A DNA stretch of 64,000 nt from Pedosphaera parvula Ellin514 (GCA_943332515.1 CALQPR010000019.1:1803-65802); one strand, 5' to 3'; counted from the first letter of the stretch, positions 40,706 through 50,746 are shown. A program made the numbers and translations. Notes: generated from the letters alone by a model not told the origin.

Positions 40706-42583
40706 TTAGCGGATCTCCATTCCGGAATTTTGATTAAACAAACTTCGGTAAAGCTCGCTCTCACGCGCAAGCTGCTCGTGCTTCCCGGAGGCGACCACGC
40801 GTCCTTCCTGAAGCACGATGATGCAGTCCGCGTGCTGCAAAGTGGAGAGCCGCTGGGCGATGATGAAGGTCGTGCGGCCTTCGCAAAGACGCTTCATCGC
40901 CTCCTGGATCAGCCGCTCCGTCTTCGAGTCCACGCTCGCCGTCGCGTCGTCCAGAATCAGCACGCGCGGGTCCATCAGGAACGCGCGCGCGATGGCGACA
41001 CGTTGACGCTGGCCGCCGCTGAGCGACACGCCGCGTTCGCCGATGATCGTGTCGTAGCCATCTGCCAGCTCGCTGATGAACTCATGCGCCTGCGACGCAC
41101 GCGCGCATTCCTCGATCTCCGCTCGTGTAGCCTGCGGGCGACCGTAGGCGATGTTCTCCGCGACCGATGCGCTGAACAGAAATGTTTCCTGAAAGATCAT
41201 GCCAACCGACCGTCGCAACTGTGACAGGTCCAGCTCACGCGCATCCACGCCGTCGATGAGGACTCGTCCATTCGTCGGATCATAAAAGCGAGAGATCAGG
41301 TTCACGAGGGAGGTCTTGCCCGCGCCCGTCGGCCCGATGATCGCGACGGTCTGACCCGGATGCGCGGTGAAGCTGACGTCGTGCAGGACCGGTCGTGGGT
41401 TTGCGGGCGGCGGGGATTCTTTGTTGTCCTTGGTCTTCGGAGACTTCGCACTGGAGTATTCGAAGCTGACATTGTCGAAGACGACTTCGCCGCGTCCAGG
41501 CGGCATCGGGCGGCTCCCGCTTTTCAGTACCGCTGTCTCTTCGAGAATTTCCAGCACACGCTCCGCGCTGGCGCTGGCGTTCTGCATGATGTTCGTAAAC
41601 TGCCCGACCATGCCGACGCGATGCCCAATCGCCATCAGGTAGAACACGACCTTCGCCAGATCGCCCAGCGGCATCTCGCCCTGGATGACCTGGCGTCCGC
41701 CAATCCACAGCGCGAGCGGCGTGCTGAGGCCGTAGAGGAACTGCGCGCGCGGAACCCGCGACGCCCAGTAGTTCACCGTCGTGAGCAGCGTGCTCATGTA
41801 CGTCTCCTTCTTGTCGCGGAACTTGCTGATCTCCGACTGCTCGCGGGCGAAGGCTTTCACGACGCGCACGCCGGCGATGTTTTCCTGGATGACCGTCGTC
41901 ATCGCGCCGTGCTGGTCGTGAACATTCCGCCACTGCGGCTGCAGCTTGCCGGCGTAGAAGGCGATCAGCGCGATGGTGGGCAGCATCGTGCCCAGGGCCA
42001 CCGCGCCGAGCGCCGGGCTGATCAGAAAAATCAGGACCGTCGTCGCGATCAACGAGACGACGATGTCCACGCTCAGGAGCAGGCACGCGAAGAGAAAATC
42101 CTGCAACCGCCAGATATCGGTCGTCGCGCGGGAGATGAGTTCGCCTGAGCTCGCGCGGTCGTGGTAAGTGAAGGCGAGGCGTTGGAGCGCGTTGTAAACG
42201 GCGGAACGAATATCCGTCAGCGTCGTTTGAATGGTGCGATTGCGAACCGGGCCGAGGACGAACCCCACGACGGTGCGCACGGAAATGAGGATGAGATAAA
42301 GCACTGCGAACGGCCAGATGGAGAATTCATTTCCCAGCGCCAGATGATCGCGCAAGCCGGTGATCGTGTTGCCAAGCACCTGCGGCAGCGTCATCTCGAT
42401 GGCGATGTTCACGAGCAGAAGCCCGACGCAGACTGCGACTCCGCCAGGGTGCTTCTTGAGGAAGGAAAGCACGCCGAGCAGATTGCGCGGACGAATCCGC
42501 CTGATCTGTTTGGTGTCCGGAGAGACGGTCACAACGTGGGCATTGAACTCGGTGCGGCAGGAATTTGAAATTTGAAATTTCAC
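40706..42583 (-). CDS. ABC exporter, permease/ATPase fusion (heterodimer subunit 1); start uncertain
   Basis: GPTGAGKT, LSGGQRQR, degenerate ILDDATA; the first codons overlap an AATTTGA repeat. Confidence 0.92.
   Translation of the reverse strand: MKFQISNSCRTEFNAHVVTVSPDTKQIRRIRPRNLLGVLSFLKKHPGGVAVCVGLLLVNIAIEMTLPQVLGNTITGLRDHLALGNEFSIWPFAVLYLILISVRTVVGFVLGPVRNRTIQTTLTDIRSAVYNALQRLAFTYHDRASSGELISRATTDIWRLQDFLFACLLLSVDIVVSLIATTVLIFLISPALGAVALGTMLPTIALIAFYAGKLQPQWRNVHDQHGAMTTVIQENIAGVRVVKAFAREQSEISKFRDKKETYMSTLLTTVNYWASRVPRAQFLYGLSTPLALWIGGRQVIQGEMPLGDLAKVVFYLMAIGHRVGMVGQFTNIMQNASASAERVLEILEETAVLKSGSRPMPPGRGEVVFDNVSFEYSSAKSPKTKDNKESPPPANPRPVLHDVSFTAHPGQTVAIIGPTGAGKTSLVNLISRFYDPTNGRVLIDGVDARELDLSQLRRSVGMIFQETFLFSASVAENIAYGRPQATRAEIEECARASQAHEFISELADGYDTIIGERGVSLSGGQRQRVAIARAFLMDPRVLILDDATASVDSKTERLIQEAMKRLCEGRTTFIIAQRLSTLQHADCIIVLQEGRVVASGKHEQLARESELYRSLFNQNSGMEIR
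42562..42582. repeat. Heptamer repeat (AATTTGA) x3
   Basis: aatttga aatttga aatttca between divergent genes. Confidence 0.6.
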
Positions 42584-42614
42584 GCGCCACCGGTGTTTGA
42601 TTCACTTCAGACAC

Positions 42615-43532
42615 ATGAGCACATTTCTCGGCATAGAGATCGGCGGCACCAAGCTGCAGATCGTCGCAGGCGATGGATCCGCCACCATCCTCTCCCGACA
42701 GCGCTTCACCGTCGCCAGCGGCAGTGGAGCCGAAGGCATACGGCAACAGATCGCCTCCGCGCTACCGTCGTTCTTGAGCGAATGGCAGCCCGCCGCCATC
42801 GGCATGGGCTTCGGCGGGCCGGTGGACTGGCGGAAAGGCTGCATCGCGCGCTCGCACCAGGTCGAAGGCTGGTCAGGGTTTCGCATGGCTGAATGGCTGC
42901 GCGAACTCGCTGGCCTTCCAGTCGTCGTCGAGAACGATTCCAATGCCGCCACTTTCGCGGAAGCCACGCGCGGTGCCGGTGAGGGACTCAATCCTGTGTT
43001 CTACTTCAATCTCGGCAGCGGTGTCGGTGGTGGGCTGGTGGTCGATGGGAAGATTTATCATGGGCAGGCGCCGGGCGAAGCGGAGTTCGGACACGTGCGC
43101 CTCGACAAGTCCGGCGTCACCGTGGAAGAACGCTGCTCCGGCTGGGCCGTGGACGCGCGCATCCGTCAGCTCAAGGAGCGCGGCGTGAAGAGCATCCTCT
43201 GCGAACAATTACCAGCGACGCCGGGCGGCGAGGCGAGGCTGTTGGTGCAGGCGCTCGCGGCGGGAGATGAAGCGGCGCATCAGTTGATCGGGGAGGTCGC
43301 GGAGGATCTGGCGTTCGCGCTCTCCCACGTCACGCACTTGTTCCACCCGGAAGTGATCGTGCTGGGCGGAGGCCTCTCGCTGATCGGCGAACCGTTGCGC
43401 GCCGCTGTGGCGGCGGCATTACCACGGCTGGTGATGGAGGTGTTCCACGGCGGTCCGCCGATCAAGCTGGCTGCACTGGGCGAGGACGCCGTGCCGGTCG
43501 GCGCGCTGCTGCTCGCGCAAAGCGCGCGCTGA
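42615..43532 (+). CDS. ROK family sugar kinase
   Basis: GIEIGGTK, VVENDSNAA, LGSGVGGG, EFGH, LGGGLS. Confidence 0.92.
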   Translation: MSTFLGIEIGGTKLQIVAGDGSATILSRQRFTVASGSGAEGIRQQIASALPSFLSEWQPAAIGMGFGGPVDWRKGCIARSHQVEGWSGFRMAEWLRELAGLPVVVENDSNAATFAEATRGAGEGLNPVFYFNLGSGVGGGLVVDGKIYHGQAPGEAEFGHVRLDKSGVTVEERCSGWAVDARIRQLKERGVKSILCEQLPATPGGEARLLVQALAAGDEAAHQLIGEVAEDLAFALSHVTHLFHPEVIVLGGGLSLIGEPLRAAVAAALPRLVMEVFHGGPPIKLAALGEDAVPVGALLLAQSAR

Positions 43533-43550
43533 GTCGGCGTTCGGCCCAGA

Positions 43551-44474
43551 TTAGCTCGCGAACATCTTGTCCATCCGGGTCGCCAGATCCTTCAGGCCTT
43601 CGGCGGAATCTCCGCCGCCTTGTTCGGCGATGCCCCACACGCCGTCGTAACCGACATCATCGATGGCCTTCATGATGCCCGGCCAGTTGTTCGCGCCTTC
43701 GAGGAACTTCGCGCCGAAGCCCGCACCACGGCCTTTCTTCATCGCGAGATCGCGGCTGAATTCCTTGATGTGCAGACGAGCGATGCGCTTGCCGAGCTTG
43801 TTGATCCACGCGATCGGGTCGCCGTACCAGATGATGTTGCCGACATCGAAATGCCACTTCACCCAAGGGCTGTTGATCTCTTCGAGATAACGCAGCGCCT
43901 CATCTTCCTTCGTGATGAACTCATTCCAGACGTTCTCAATCGCGATGACCACGCCCAGCTCTTCCGCCAGCGGAATCACTTTCCGAATCTCCGCGATGGA
44001 ACGTTCCCAGCATTGTTCGTAGGTGACCTGTTTGCTCACCACGCCCGGCACGAGCAGGACGGAGCCGGCCTTGTAACGTTTGGCATCGCGCAGAGAGAGC
44101 TTCAAGCCATCGAGCCCAACCTCACGCACGGCGGGATTCGCGTCCGAGAGCGGCTTGGCCCAATGCGTGTGGCAACACACGCTGGCGGCGACGAGCCCGG
44201 ACTCCTCCAATGCCTTCACCACGTCATCCTGATCCATGCCGCCCCCTGGCTCGACGCCCTCAAAGCCGGCCGCCTTGACCGCCTTGAATTTCTCCAGCGT
44301 GCTGCCTTTGTAGCCAATGGTCCCGCCCATGATCGCTTTTCGAAGCGCGACCTTGCGCGCGGGCTTGGCGTCGGCCGCAAGGAGAGCGGGGGCGAGCCCG
44401 GCCAGCGCGACGGCGGCGGATGAGAGTTGCAGGAACCGGCGGCGTTCGATGACGGGAGCGTTCGTTTTGTTCAT
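43551..44474 (-). CDS. Tat-exported sugar phosphate isomerase/epimerase (TIM barrel)
   Basis: ERRRFL Tat motif; AIENVWN, HFDVGN, HIKEF. Confidence 0.9.
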   Translation of the reverse strand: MNKTNAPVIERRRFLQLSSAAVALAGLAPALLAADAKPARKVALRKAIMGGTIGYKGSTLEKFKAVKAAGFEGVEPGGGMDQDDVVKALEESGLVAASVCCHTHWAKPLSDANPAVREVGLDGLKLSLRDAKRYKAGSVLLVPGVVSKQVTYEQCWERSIAEIRKVIPLAEELGVVIAIENVWNEFITKEDEALRYLEEINSPWVKWHFDVGNIIWYGDPIAWINKLGKRIARLHIKEFSRDLAMKKGRGAGFGAKFLEGANNWPGIMKAIDDVGYDGVWGIAEQGGGDSAEGLKDLATRMDKMFAS

Positions 44475-44594
44475 AGGAGCGACGAATTGAAATGTGGAGA
44501 CGTGGGCCAGTGATAGGCCGCGGCCAAACCTGAGTCAAGCCGCAGCCACATGTTGAACCCGAGAATCGAAATACACGCTACCAAACCAAGCAGC

Positions 44595-44671
44595 CCGTTG
44601 CCCGTCGTCAATGGTCGCCGGCGGCGGATCGGGAGGAAGCCGCTGGCAGGACAATTGACGACGGGCAACGG
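44595..44671. repeat. Perfect 18-bp inverted repeat with a 41-nt spacer
   Basis: ccgttgcccgtcgtcaat / attgacgacgggcaacgg. Confidence 0.8.
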
Positions 44672-44720
44672 ACCGTGGCGCTGACGATGGCGGACGAGCC
44701 GCGTTGAAGCACGCAACTCC

Positions 44721-45065
44721 TCATGCGGCATGGCCCATAGCGGGCGTCTTGGATTTCAGGAGCGACGCTTGTTTTCGCGTGTATTGGCGGGCCTCCTCCG
44801 CCTTCTCGCGGAGAAGCTCGGGCAGCACGAGCAACGGAAACGACGTGCCCCAGGCTAGTGCCGCCGCTTCGTTGCCCGCCCGCCGCAATGGCGCGTAGAG
44901 ATCGGGCGTCGGGGCGGTGGCGATCAATTCCCTCAGCAGCCGGTTCTTCAGGCGTTCCAATTCTGTCTCGTGTGTGCTGCGGAACGGAGCCGCCGGCACA
45001 GGGTTCACGGCGAAGCGGGTTTCCGACGCGAACCGCGTCGGCACATTCTTCTTTGGTCTTTTCAT
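44721..45065 (-). CDS. Small helical hypothetical protein (about 114 aa)
   Basis: MKRPKK...ETELERLKNRLL...LRRAGNEAAALAW...FPLLVLPEL; protein-like composition; lies downstream of a leader and terminator. Confidence 0.7.
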   Translation of the reverse strand: MKRPKKNVPTRFASETRFAVNPVPAAPFRSTHETELERLKNRLLRELIATAPTPDLYAPLRRAGNEAAALAWGTSFPLLVLPELLREKAEEARQYTRKQASLLKSKTPAMGHAA

Positions 45066-45116
45066 GTTCTTTCGTTTTGGTCTGGGTCTGGCCACGCTTC
45101 CCGGCGTGACCGGTGG

Positions 45117-45157
45117 TTAAACAAAAAACCCACGATTGACTGGCAATCGTGGGTTTT
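45117..45157 (-). terminator. Intrinsic terminator in the 5' leader of 44721-45065 (attenuator)
   Basis: Minus strand AAAACCCACGATTG-ccagt-CAATCGTGGGTTTT then TTGTTT. Confidence 0.8.
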
Positions 45158-45179
45158 CGGGAAAATCTGGTTTTCTGTG

Positions 45180-45293
45180 TTAGAAGGAAACCTCCACGTT
45201 GCCGTCGGCCAACAGGCCGGAGCGCCACGCCGCCTGGCGCATCATGGCGCCGTGCTGGCAGGAGCTGATTAATTTGTTAACGATTGTCATCAT
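45180..45293 (-). promoter_or_regulatory. Putative 37-aa leader peptide ORF
   Basis: MMTIVNKLISSCQHGAMMRQAAWRSGLLADGNVEVSF*; stop about 22 nt before the terminator; TTGACA upstream at 45334-45339. Confidence 0.55.
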
Positions 45294-45429
45294 AGGCAAC
45301 GAACGCGGAAAGAAAACGTCATGAGCGAAGGTTTGTCAAAAAATATTTCCCCGGTCCAACGCGGCGCACGGATGAAGGGAGGGGGAATTCTGACTAGGCT
45401 TCGCTGGAACGCCGTGAAATACTTTCGCC

Positions 45430-46002
45430 ATGCAAAATTGGATTCGTGAGTACGTGGCAGCACAGAAGGCGGCGCTGGATTCCATCCCGGTCGATGCGGT
45501 GGCGGGTCTGGTCGAGACGTTCCGTCAGGCGCTGAAGGAGGACCGGCAGATCTTCGTGTTCGGCAACGGCGGCAGCGCTTCCAATGCATCCCACTTCATC
45601 ACCGATCTGGGCAAAGGTTCCTCCGACAAGCTCACCAAACGGTTCCGCTGCCTATCGCTGAACGACAACGTGAGCTGGATGACGGCGCTCGGAAATGACT
45701 ACTCGTACGAGGAAATTTACTCACGGCAGTTGATGAACTACGGCAAGCCGGGGGATCTCGTCCTCGTGCTCAGCGTCAGCGGAAGCTCGCCGAATCTCGT
45801 GCGCGGCGTCGAGTGGGCCAAGAAGAACGGCCTGCACACCATCGCCCTGGTCGGTGGAAAGCGCGGCAAGCTCGCCGAGCTGGCGGATACCGTCGTCGTA
45901 ATCGATTCGACGCATTACGGCCGCGTGGAGGATGCGCAGATGGGCATCTGCCACATGCTTTGCTATGCGTTTATGGAAGTTCCCCAAGCGGGCGCGGTTT
46001 AA
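45430..46002 (+). CDS. SIS-domain protein (phosphoheptose isomerase GmhA-like)
   Basis: FGNGGSASNASH, TALGNDYSY, LSVSGSSPN, YGRVED. Confidence 0.88.
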   Translation: MQNWIREYVAAQKAALDSIPVDAVAGLVETFRQALKEDRQIFVFGNGGSASNASHFITDLGKGSSDKLTKRFRCLSLNDNVSWMTALGNDYSYEEIYSRQLMNYGKPGDLVLVLSVSGSSPNLVRGVEWAKKNGLHTIALVGGKRGKLAELADTVVVIDSTHYGRVEDAQMGICHMLCYAFMEVPQAGAV

Positions 46003-46252
46003 TTCATTTCGCGGTCAGTCAGCCAGGTTCGGATGCCTGGCAGAAAGGAAAGCCATGGAACGGCGTCCTGATGTGAGGAGCAAGGTGTCAGCAACCACCG
46101 TGTTTCCCCTAGGAGGTCCGTCGGGCTTTTCCCACACGTTTCACATGTAAGCGCCTCAATAGCCCCAATCGTTGCGCCGGCTGAAATTAGCACTGCCCGA
46201 CCTACTGGCGTTGGCCGGGCAAGACAGGCGTAACAAAGTGTTTGGTGTTGCT

Positions 46253-49066
46253 ATGAAAACGAACGGTTCAACTAGTCTCAGCAGTAGAAATTACGTGGTG
46301 GCGTTCATCGGGGCGCTCGGCATTCTGGCCGCTCCTCGGGAGAAACTCCTGGCGAACGACATCACCTTCCAGGAGACGATCTACAATACGGACTACGCAG
46401 CAGCAGCCGTCGGCGGACTGCGCGATTCCGCCAAAGCCAGCCTTAGCCTCGCAGGCATCAGCGGCACGGTGAACAAGGCCTATCTCTACTGGCACGGGCC
46501 GATGAACTCGACCAACCCGCTCGCCAACGCTTCCATCCAGGTCAACAGCCAGCCGGTGACCGGCGTGAACATCGGTTACTCCGATGACAACTGCTGGGGC
46601 TTCAACAACAGCCAGGCGTACCGCGCTGATGTGACGGGCCTGGTCAAGAAGGAGCGCAACGGCACTTACTTCCTCAGCCAGTTCGTGAAGCAAGGCACCA
46701 ACATCAACGCCAACGGCGCTTCCCTGATGGTGTTCTTCAACGACAGCAACACGAACAACAACCGCGACATCGTGCTCTTCCATGGCAACGATTCGAACGC
46801 GGAAAACTTTTACGACGCGCCGGGCTGGAACGTGAACTTGACCGGCTTGTCCTACACCTCCGGCAACGGCTATGTGCAGTTGCATGTTTCCGACGGCCAG
46901 ATCTACGAAGACGAAGCGCTCAAGGTGAACGGCGAAATCGTGGAGGAGCGCGGCCAGGTGTTCCAGGGCACGTCGGTGTCCGCCGCGAACAACGGCCCGT
47001 CGGGAACCGGCCGCCTCTGGGATGTGGCGACCTACGATGTCACGGCGATTCTTGAAGCCGGCTCGAACACCATCGCCATCACCCACGGCTACATCGGCAC
47101 GCCGGAACGCGCGCGCGGCGATTGCGTGAGCTTGATCGCAGCGGTGATCAATCTGCCCGCCGGGACCGTCCCTCCCCCGCCGCCGGCGAATCAAACGCCG
47201 ACCGTCACCAGCACACCAGAAGTCACGACCCATTCCGCCAGTCCGCTCGCGCTCCGGGCTCTCGCCTCGGACAACGATGGCAACGCGCTGACCTACACCG
47301 TCGCGATTGATAACGCGGTGGTTCAAACCGGAAGCATCGTTGCCGGCACACCGACTACGACGGGTAACATCGATACGACCAGCTCCTTCAGCCTCGGCCA
47401 GCACACCGTGGTGTTCACCGTGAATGACGGCGTCGCAAGCAGCAGCTTCACCACGGTCGTCAACGTCATCGATGACACGCCGCCGGTCCTCACCGTCCCC
47501 GATAACATCACCGTGCCCAGCGACCTCGGCCGCACCACGGCGGTCGTTCGCTATGAAGTCACGGCGACCGACGATTTCCCGGGTGTCACCGTCATCTCGC
47601 TACCGCCGTCCGGTTCCGCTTTCCCCATCGGCGTCAACACCGTGACCGCCACCGCCGTGGACGCCTCCGGCCATCGCGTGCAGAAGACGTTTACGATTAC
47701 CGTGACCGACAGCATGCCGCCGACGGTGATGTGCCCGACGGACCTGCTCAAGGCGACGGACGCTGGCATGAGCAACGCCGTGGTTCGTTTCACCGTGACC
47801 GCCACCGACAACGTTCCGGGCGTGAGCGTCTCCTGCTCCCCCGCGTCCGGTTCCACCTTCCAACTCGGCATCACCACCATCGTCTGCGCCGCGCGCGATG
47901 CCCGTGGCAACACGGCGAATTGCATGTTCACCGTGACCGTCATCGACCGCGAAGCTCCGGTGCTGATCGTTCCGCCGAATCAATCCGTGCCGCTCGAAGC
48001 CGGCCAGGAAACCGTCGTCATCAACTACGACGTGGAAATCCGCGACAACGCTCCCGGCGCCACCGTCGTGTGCTTGCCGCCGTCTGGCAGCGCGTTCCCG
48101 CTCGGGGCGACGAACGTCGTCTGCATCGGCTCGGACGCCAGCGGCAACAACGTGACCAACGCCTTCACCGTCACGGTTTATCAGATCTCCAATCCGAACG
48201 TGCCGCTGCCGGTCGTGAACGTTCCGGCGAACATGACGGTGCCGAATGATCCCGGTATGAGCACTGCGACCGTCGAGTTCACCGCTACGGTGACGAGCTC
48301 GGTTCCCGGCGCGACCCTCGTGTGCATTCCTGCCTCCGGTTCCGCGTTTCCGCTCGGAATCACGACGGTTACCTGCACCGGTCGCGATGTCGTTGGAAAC
48401 ACCGCCACCAACCGTTTCACCGTCACCGTTTACGACAACGAGAATCCGCAGCTCACGCTCCCGGCCAACATCGTTCGCCCGGTGGATGAAGGTCAGAACA
48501 CGGCTGTCGTGACCTACACGGCGACCGCCATTGATAACAGCGGCTCGGTCTCGCTCGTGTGCGTGCCGGCGTCCGGCAGCGCGTTCGCCATCGGCACGAC
48601 CACGGTCACCTGCAATGCCGTCGACAACGCGGGCAACGTCAGCTCCGGCAGCTTCACGGTCACGGTGACAAATAACATTGTTCCGCCGGTGGACTACGGC
48701 TGCATCACCGCTTCGAAGCCCGTCCTCTGGCCGCCCAATCACCAGATGGTGCCGGTGAGCCTCTGGCTGAACTACAAGGAAATGCCGGTCAAGTTCTCCA
48801 GCGTCCGCATTGTCTCGGTGACGAGCAACGAGCCTGAGACCGGCCTTTGGGCAAATGATATTGAACCCGACTGGGAGATCACGAACACGAAGACTCTCAA
48901 GCTGAATCTCCGCGCTGAGCGCGACGACAACGGCAACGGCCGCATCTACACCATCGCGGTGGAAGGCAAGGATCCGAGCGGCAACCTCTACCGCTGCACC
49001 ACCACGGTCACCGTCCCGAAGAACGCTCCGGCGAAGGGCAAGGGCAAGAAGGGCGGCAAGAAATAA
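46253..49066 (+). CDS. Secreted HYR-repeat surface protein
   Basis: Signal peptide; five HYR-like repeats (P.SGSAFP.G.T.V.C...D..GN); C-terminal LWPPNH...LRAERD..GNGRIY domain. Confidence 0.88.
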   Translation: MKTNGSTSLSSRNYVVAFIGALGILAAPREKLLANDITFQETIYNTDYAAAAVGGLRDSAKASLSLAGISGTVNKAYLYWHGPMNSTNPLANASIQVNSQPVTGVNIGYSDDNCWGFNNSQAYRADVTGLVKKERNGTYFLSQFVKQGTNINANGASLMVFFNDSNTNNNRDIVLFHGNDSNAENFYDAPGWNVNLTGLSYTSGNGYVQLHVSDGQIYEDEALKVNGEIVEERGQVFQGTSVSAANNGPSGTGRLWDVATYDVTAILEAGSNTIAITHGYIGTPERARGDCVSLIAAVINLPAGTVPPPPPANQTPTVTSTPEVTTHSASPLALRALASDNDGNALTYTVAIDNAVVQTGSIVAGTPTTTGNIDTTSSFSLGQHTVVFTVNDGVASSSFTTVVNVIDDTPPVLTVPDNITVPSDLGRTTAVVRYEVTATDDFPGVTVISLPPSGSAFPIGVNTVTATAVDASGHRVQKTFTITVTDSMPPTVMCPTDLLKATDAGMSNAVVRFTVTATDNVPGVSVSCSPASGSTFQLGITTIVCAARDARGNTANCMFTVTVIDREAPVLIVPPNQSVPLEAGQETVVINYDVEIRDNAPGATVVCLPPSGSAFPLGATNVVCIGSDASGNNVTNAFTVTVYQISNPNVPLPVVNVPANMTVPNDPGMSTATVEFTATVTSSVPGATLVCIPASGSAFPLGITTVTCTGRDVVGNTATNRFTVTVYDNENPQLTLPANIVRPVDEGQNTAVVTYTATAIDNSGSVSLVCVPASGSAFAIGTTTVTCNAVDNAGNVSSGSFTVTVTNNIVPPVDYGCITASKPVLWPPNHQMVPVSLWLNYKEMPVKFSSVRIVSVTSNEPETGLWANDIEPDWEITNTKTLKLNLRAERDDNGNGRIYTIAVEGKDPSGNLYRCTTTVTVPKNAPAKGKGKKGGKK

Positions 49067-49089
49067 GCGGCGTTCCAACCAATCAACGC

Positions 49090-49120
49090 AATGCCCGGAA
49101 GCGTGACGCTTCCGGGCATT
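49090..49120. terminator. Hairpin between convergent genes (probable bidirectional terminator)
   Basis: aatgcccggaagcgt-g-acgcttccgggcatt. Confidence 0.7.
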
Positions 49121-49153
49121 CGCGCTTTCTACGGGCGACGTGTCGATTTGTCC

Positions 49154-50602
49154 TCAGCGCGTCATGTTCTTGCGAAACATCTCCTCCATCTTCTGTCCCT
49201 GCGGCGGAACAAACGACGCCGGTTGAAGATTCGTTGTGGTCAACGGGAGCTTATCGGCCCAAGCCACCTGAGCGCGCTCGAGCCGCGCCATCATGTTCGC
49301 CACCCGTTCCCTTTGCTCCGGAAGTTCAGCGAGATTGCGCGTCTCCTGCGGGTCCGATTTCAGATCGAACAAGTGGCTCACACCAATCTGCGGAAAGCGC
49401 ATCAACTTCCATCGTTCATCACGAATCGACCGCTGCGTCTGCGTGTAGGCCAGGAAGAGCTCATCGCGCACCCCGGGAGACTTTCCTGAAATCACTTCAG
49501 CCAGGCTCAACCCCTCGCTGCCCTCCGGTCCCGCGACATTCGCCAGCGCGCCGAGCGTCGGGAAGATATCGAGGAGATACGCGAACGCCTCGCGCCGGAC
49601 GTTCCTCGGAATTCCAGGCCCGGCAACAATCAGCGGCACGCGCATCGAATGCTCGTAGATGCTCTGCTTGCCGAACAGCCCGTGGCTGCCAATCGCCAGC
49701 CCGCTGTCGCTTGCGAAAACGATCAAAGTTTGCTCGTGCTGACCGCTCGCCTTCAGCGCGGCGAGGATGCGCCCAATCTGCGCATCGAGATAGGTGATGC
49801 TCGCGTAGTAATCGCCGAGATGCCGACGCACCGCCTCCGGTGTGCGCGGCCACCGTTCCAGCAATTCGTCGCGCACGGTCATGCTGCCGATGTCCAGCGG
49901 ATGTTGTGGCAGGTAATTCGCCGGCAGCGGAATCTTGGAATCTTTGTAGTCCTTTCGGAAATCATCCGGTGCCACGCGCGGATCGTGCGGGAGATTGAAG
50001 ACCACGTAACAGAGCCACGGCTGCTTTGCCGGTGACTTCGACCGCGCCTCGATGAACCCGGCGGCAGCGTCCGCAAAAAGCTTCACCGAATGTTCGCCGC
50101 TCAATCGCGCGTTCACCAGTTCGCCACCAGACAGATCCCTTAGCGGAAGTTCGTACGGCCAACCCATGCCGCCGAGAAACAGCGCTTTGCCGCTCTGGAA
50201 TGCGCGCTTCACCGACGGCTCGCCGTTGTGCCATTTCCCCGTGATGAACGTCGCATAGCCGCTCTTGGCGAACGCCTCCGGCCACGTTTCTTGATCCTGC
50301 ATGTTCTCCTTGATGCGGAAGAGCGACCGACCGGTCATCAGCATGGCGCGAGAGGGAACGCAGACCGCGCCCTGCATTGCGCCCATGCAATACGCGCGCG
50401 TGAACGTGGTGCCGCTGCGCACCAGCGTGTCGAGGTTCGGCGTCTTGATATGTCGATTGCCCAGCGCAGCGATGGTGTCCGCGCGCTGATCGTCGGAGAA
50501 GAGGACGAGAATATTTGGACGCGGCGCGGCATCAGCCCGGAACAGCGAGACCGTCTGAGCCACCAGAAGCGCTGCGACAAAGACCAGCGTGTGTCGTTTC
50601 AT
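49154..50602 (-). CDS. Secreted formylglycine-dependent sulfatase
   Basis: PNILVLFSDDQ, CVPSRAMLMTG, GKWH, HGLFGKQSIYE. Confidence 0.93.
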   Translation of the reverse strand: MKRHTLVFVAALLVAQTVSLFRADAAPRPNILVLFSDDQRADTIAALGNRHIKTPNLDTLVRSGTTFTRAYCMGAMQGAVCVPSRAMLMTGRSLFRIKENMQDQETWPEAFAKSGYATFITGKWHNGEPSVKRAFQSGKALFLGGMGWPYELPLRDLSGGELVNARLSGEHSVKLFADAAAGFIEARSKSPAKQPWLCYVVFNLPHDPRVAPDDFRKDYKDSKIPLPANYLPQHPLDIGSMTVRDELLERWPRTPEAVRRHLGDYYASITYLDAQIGRILAALKASGQHEQTLIVFASDSGLAIGSHGLFGKQSIYEHSMRVPLIVAGPGIPRNVRREAFAYLLDIFPTLGALANVAGPEGSEGLSLAEVISGKSPGVRDELFLAYTQTQRSIRDERWKLMRFPQIGVSHLFDLKSDPQETRNLAELPEQRERVANMMARLERAQVAWADKLPLTTTNLQPASFVPPQGQKMEEMFRKNMTR

Positions 50603-50663
50603 GAAAGCAACCAGTGCGAGAGGCGGCGCAGTCAGACAGCGAACCGATCCAGCGTCTGACTTC

Positions 50664-50746
50664 CTCTTACTCCCAATCCCACTCTCAATCGTAATCACTG
50701 AGACTTCCCGTCGGGATTAGGAGTAAGAGCAGGATTAAGATTACGA
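50664..50746. repeat. Hexamer-periodic inverted element
   Basis: ctcttactcccaatcccactctcaatcgtaatc ... gattaggagtaagagcaggattaagattacga. Confidence 0.8.

Noticed and set aside
44608-44724. 38-codon minus-strand ORF overlapping the small gene's stop (ATGA)
   Set aside because: It runs through the 18-bp inverted repeat and has no supporting motif; coding status cannot be supported
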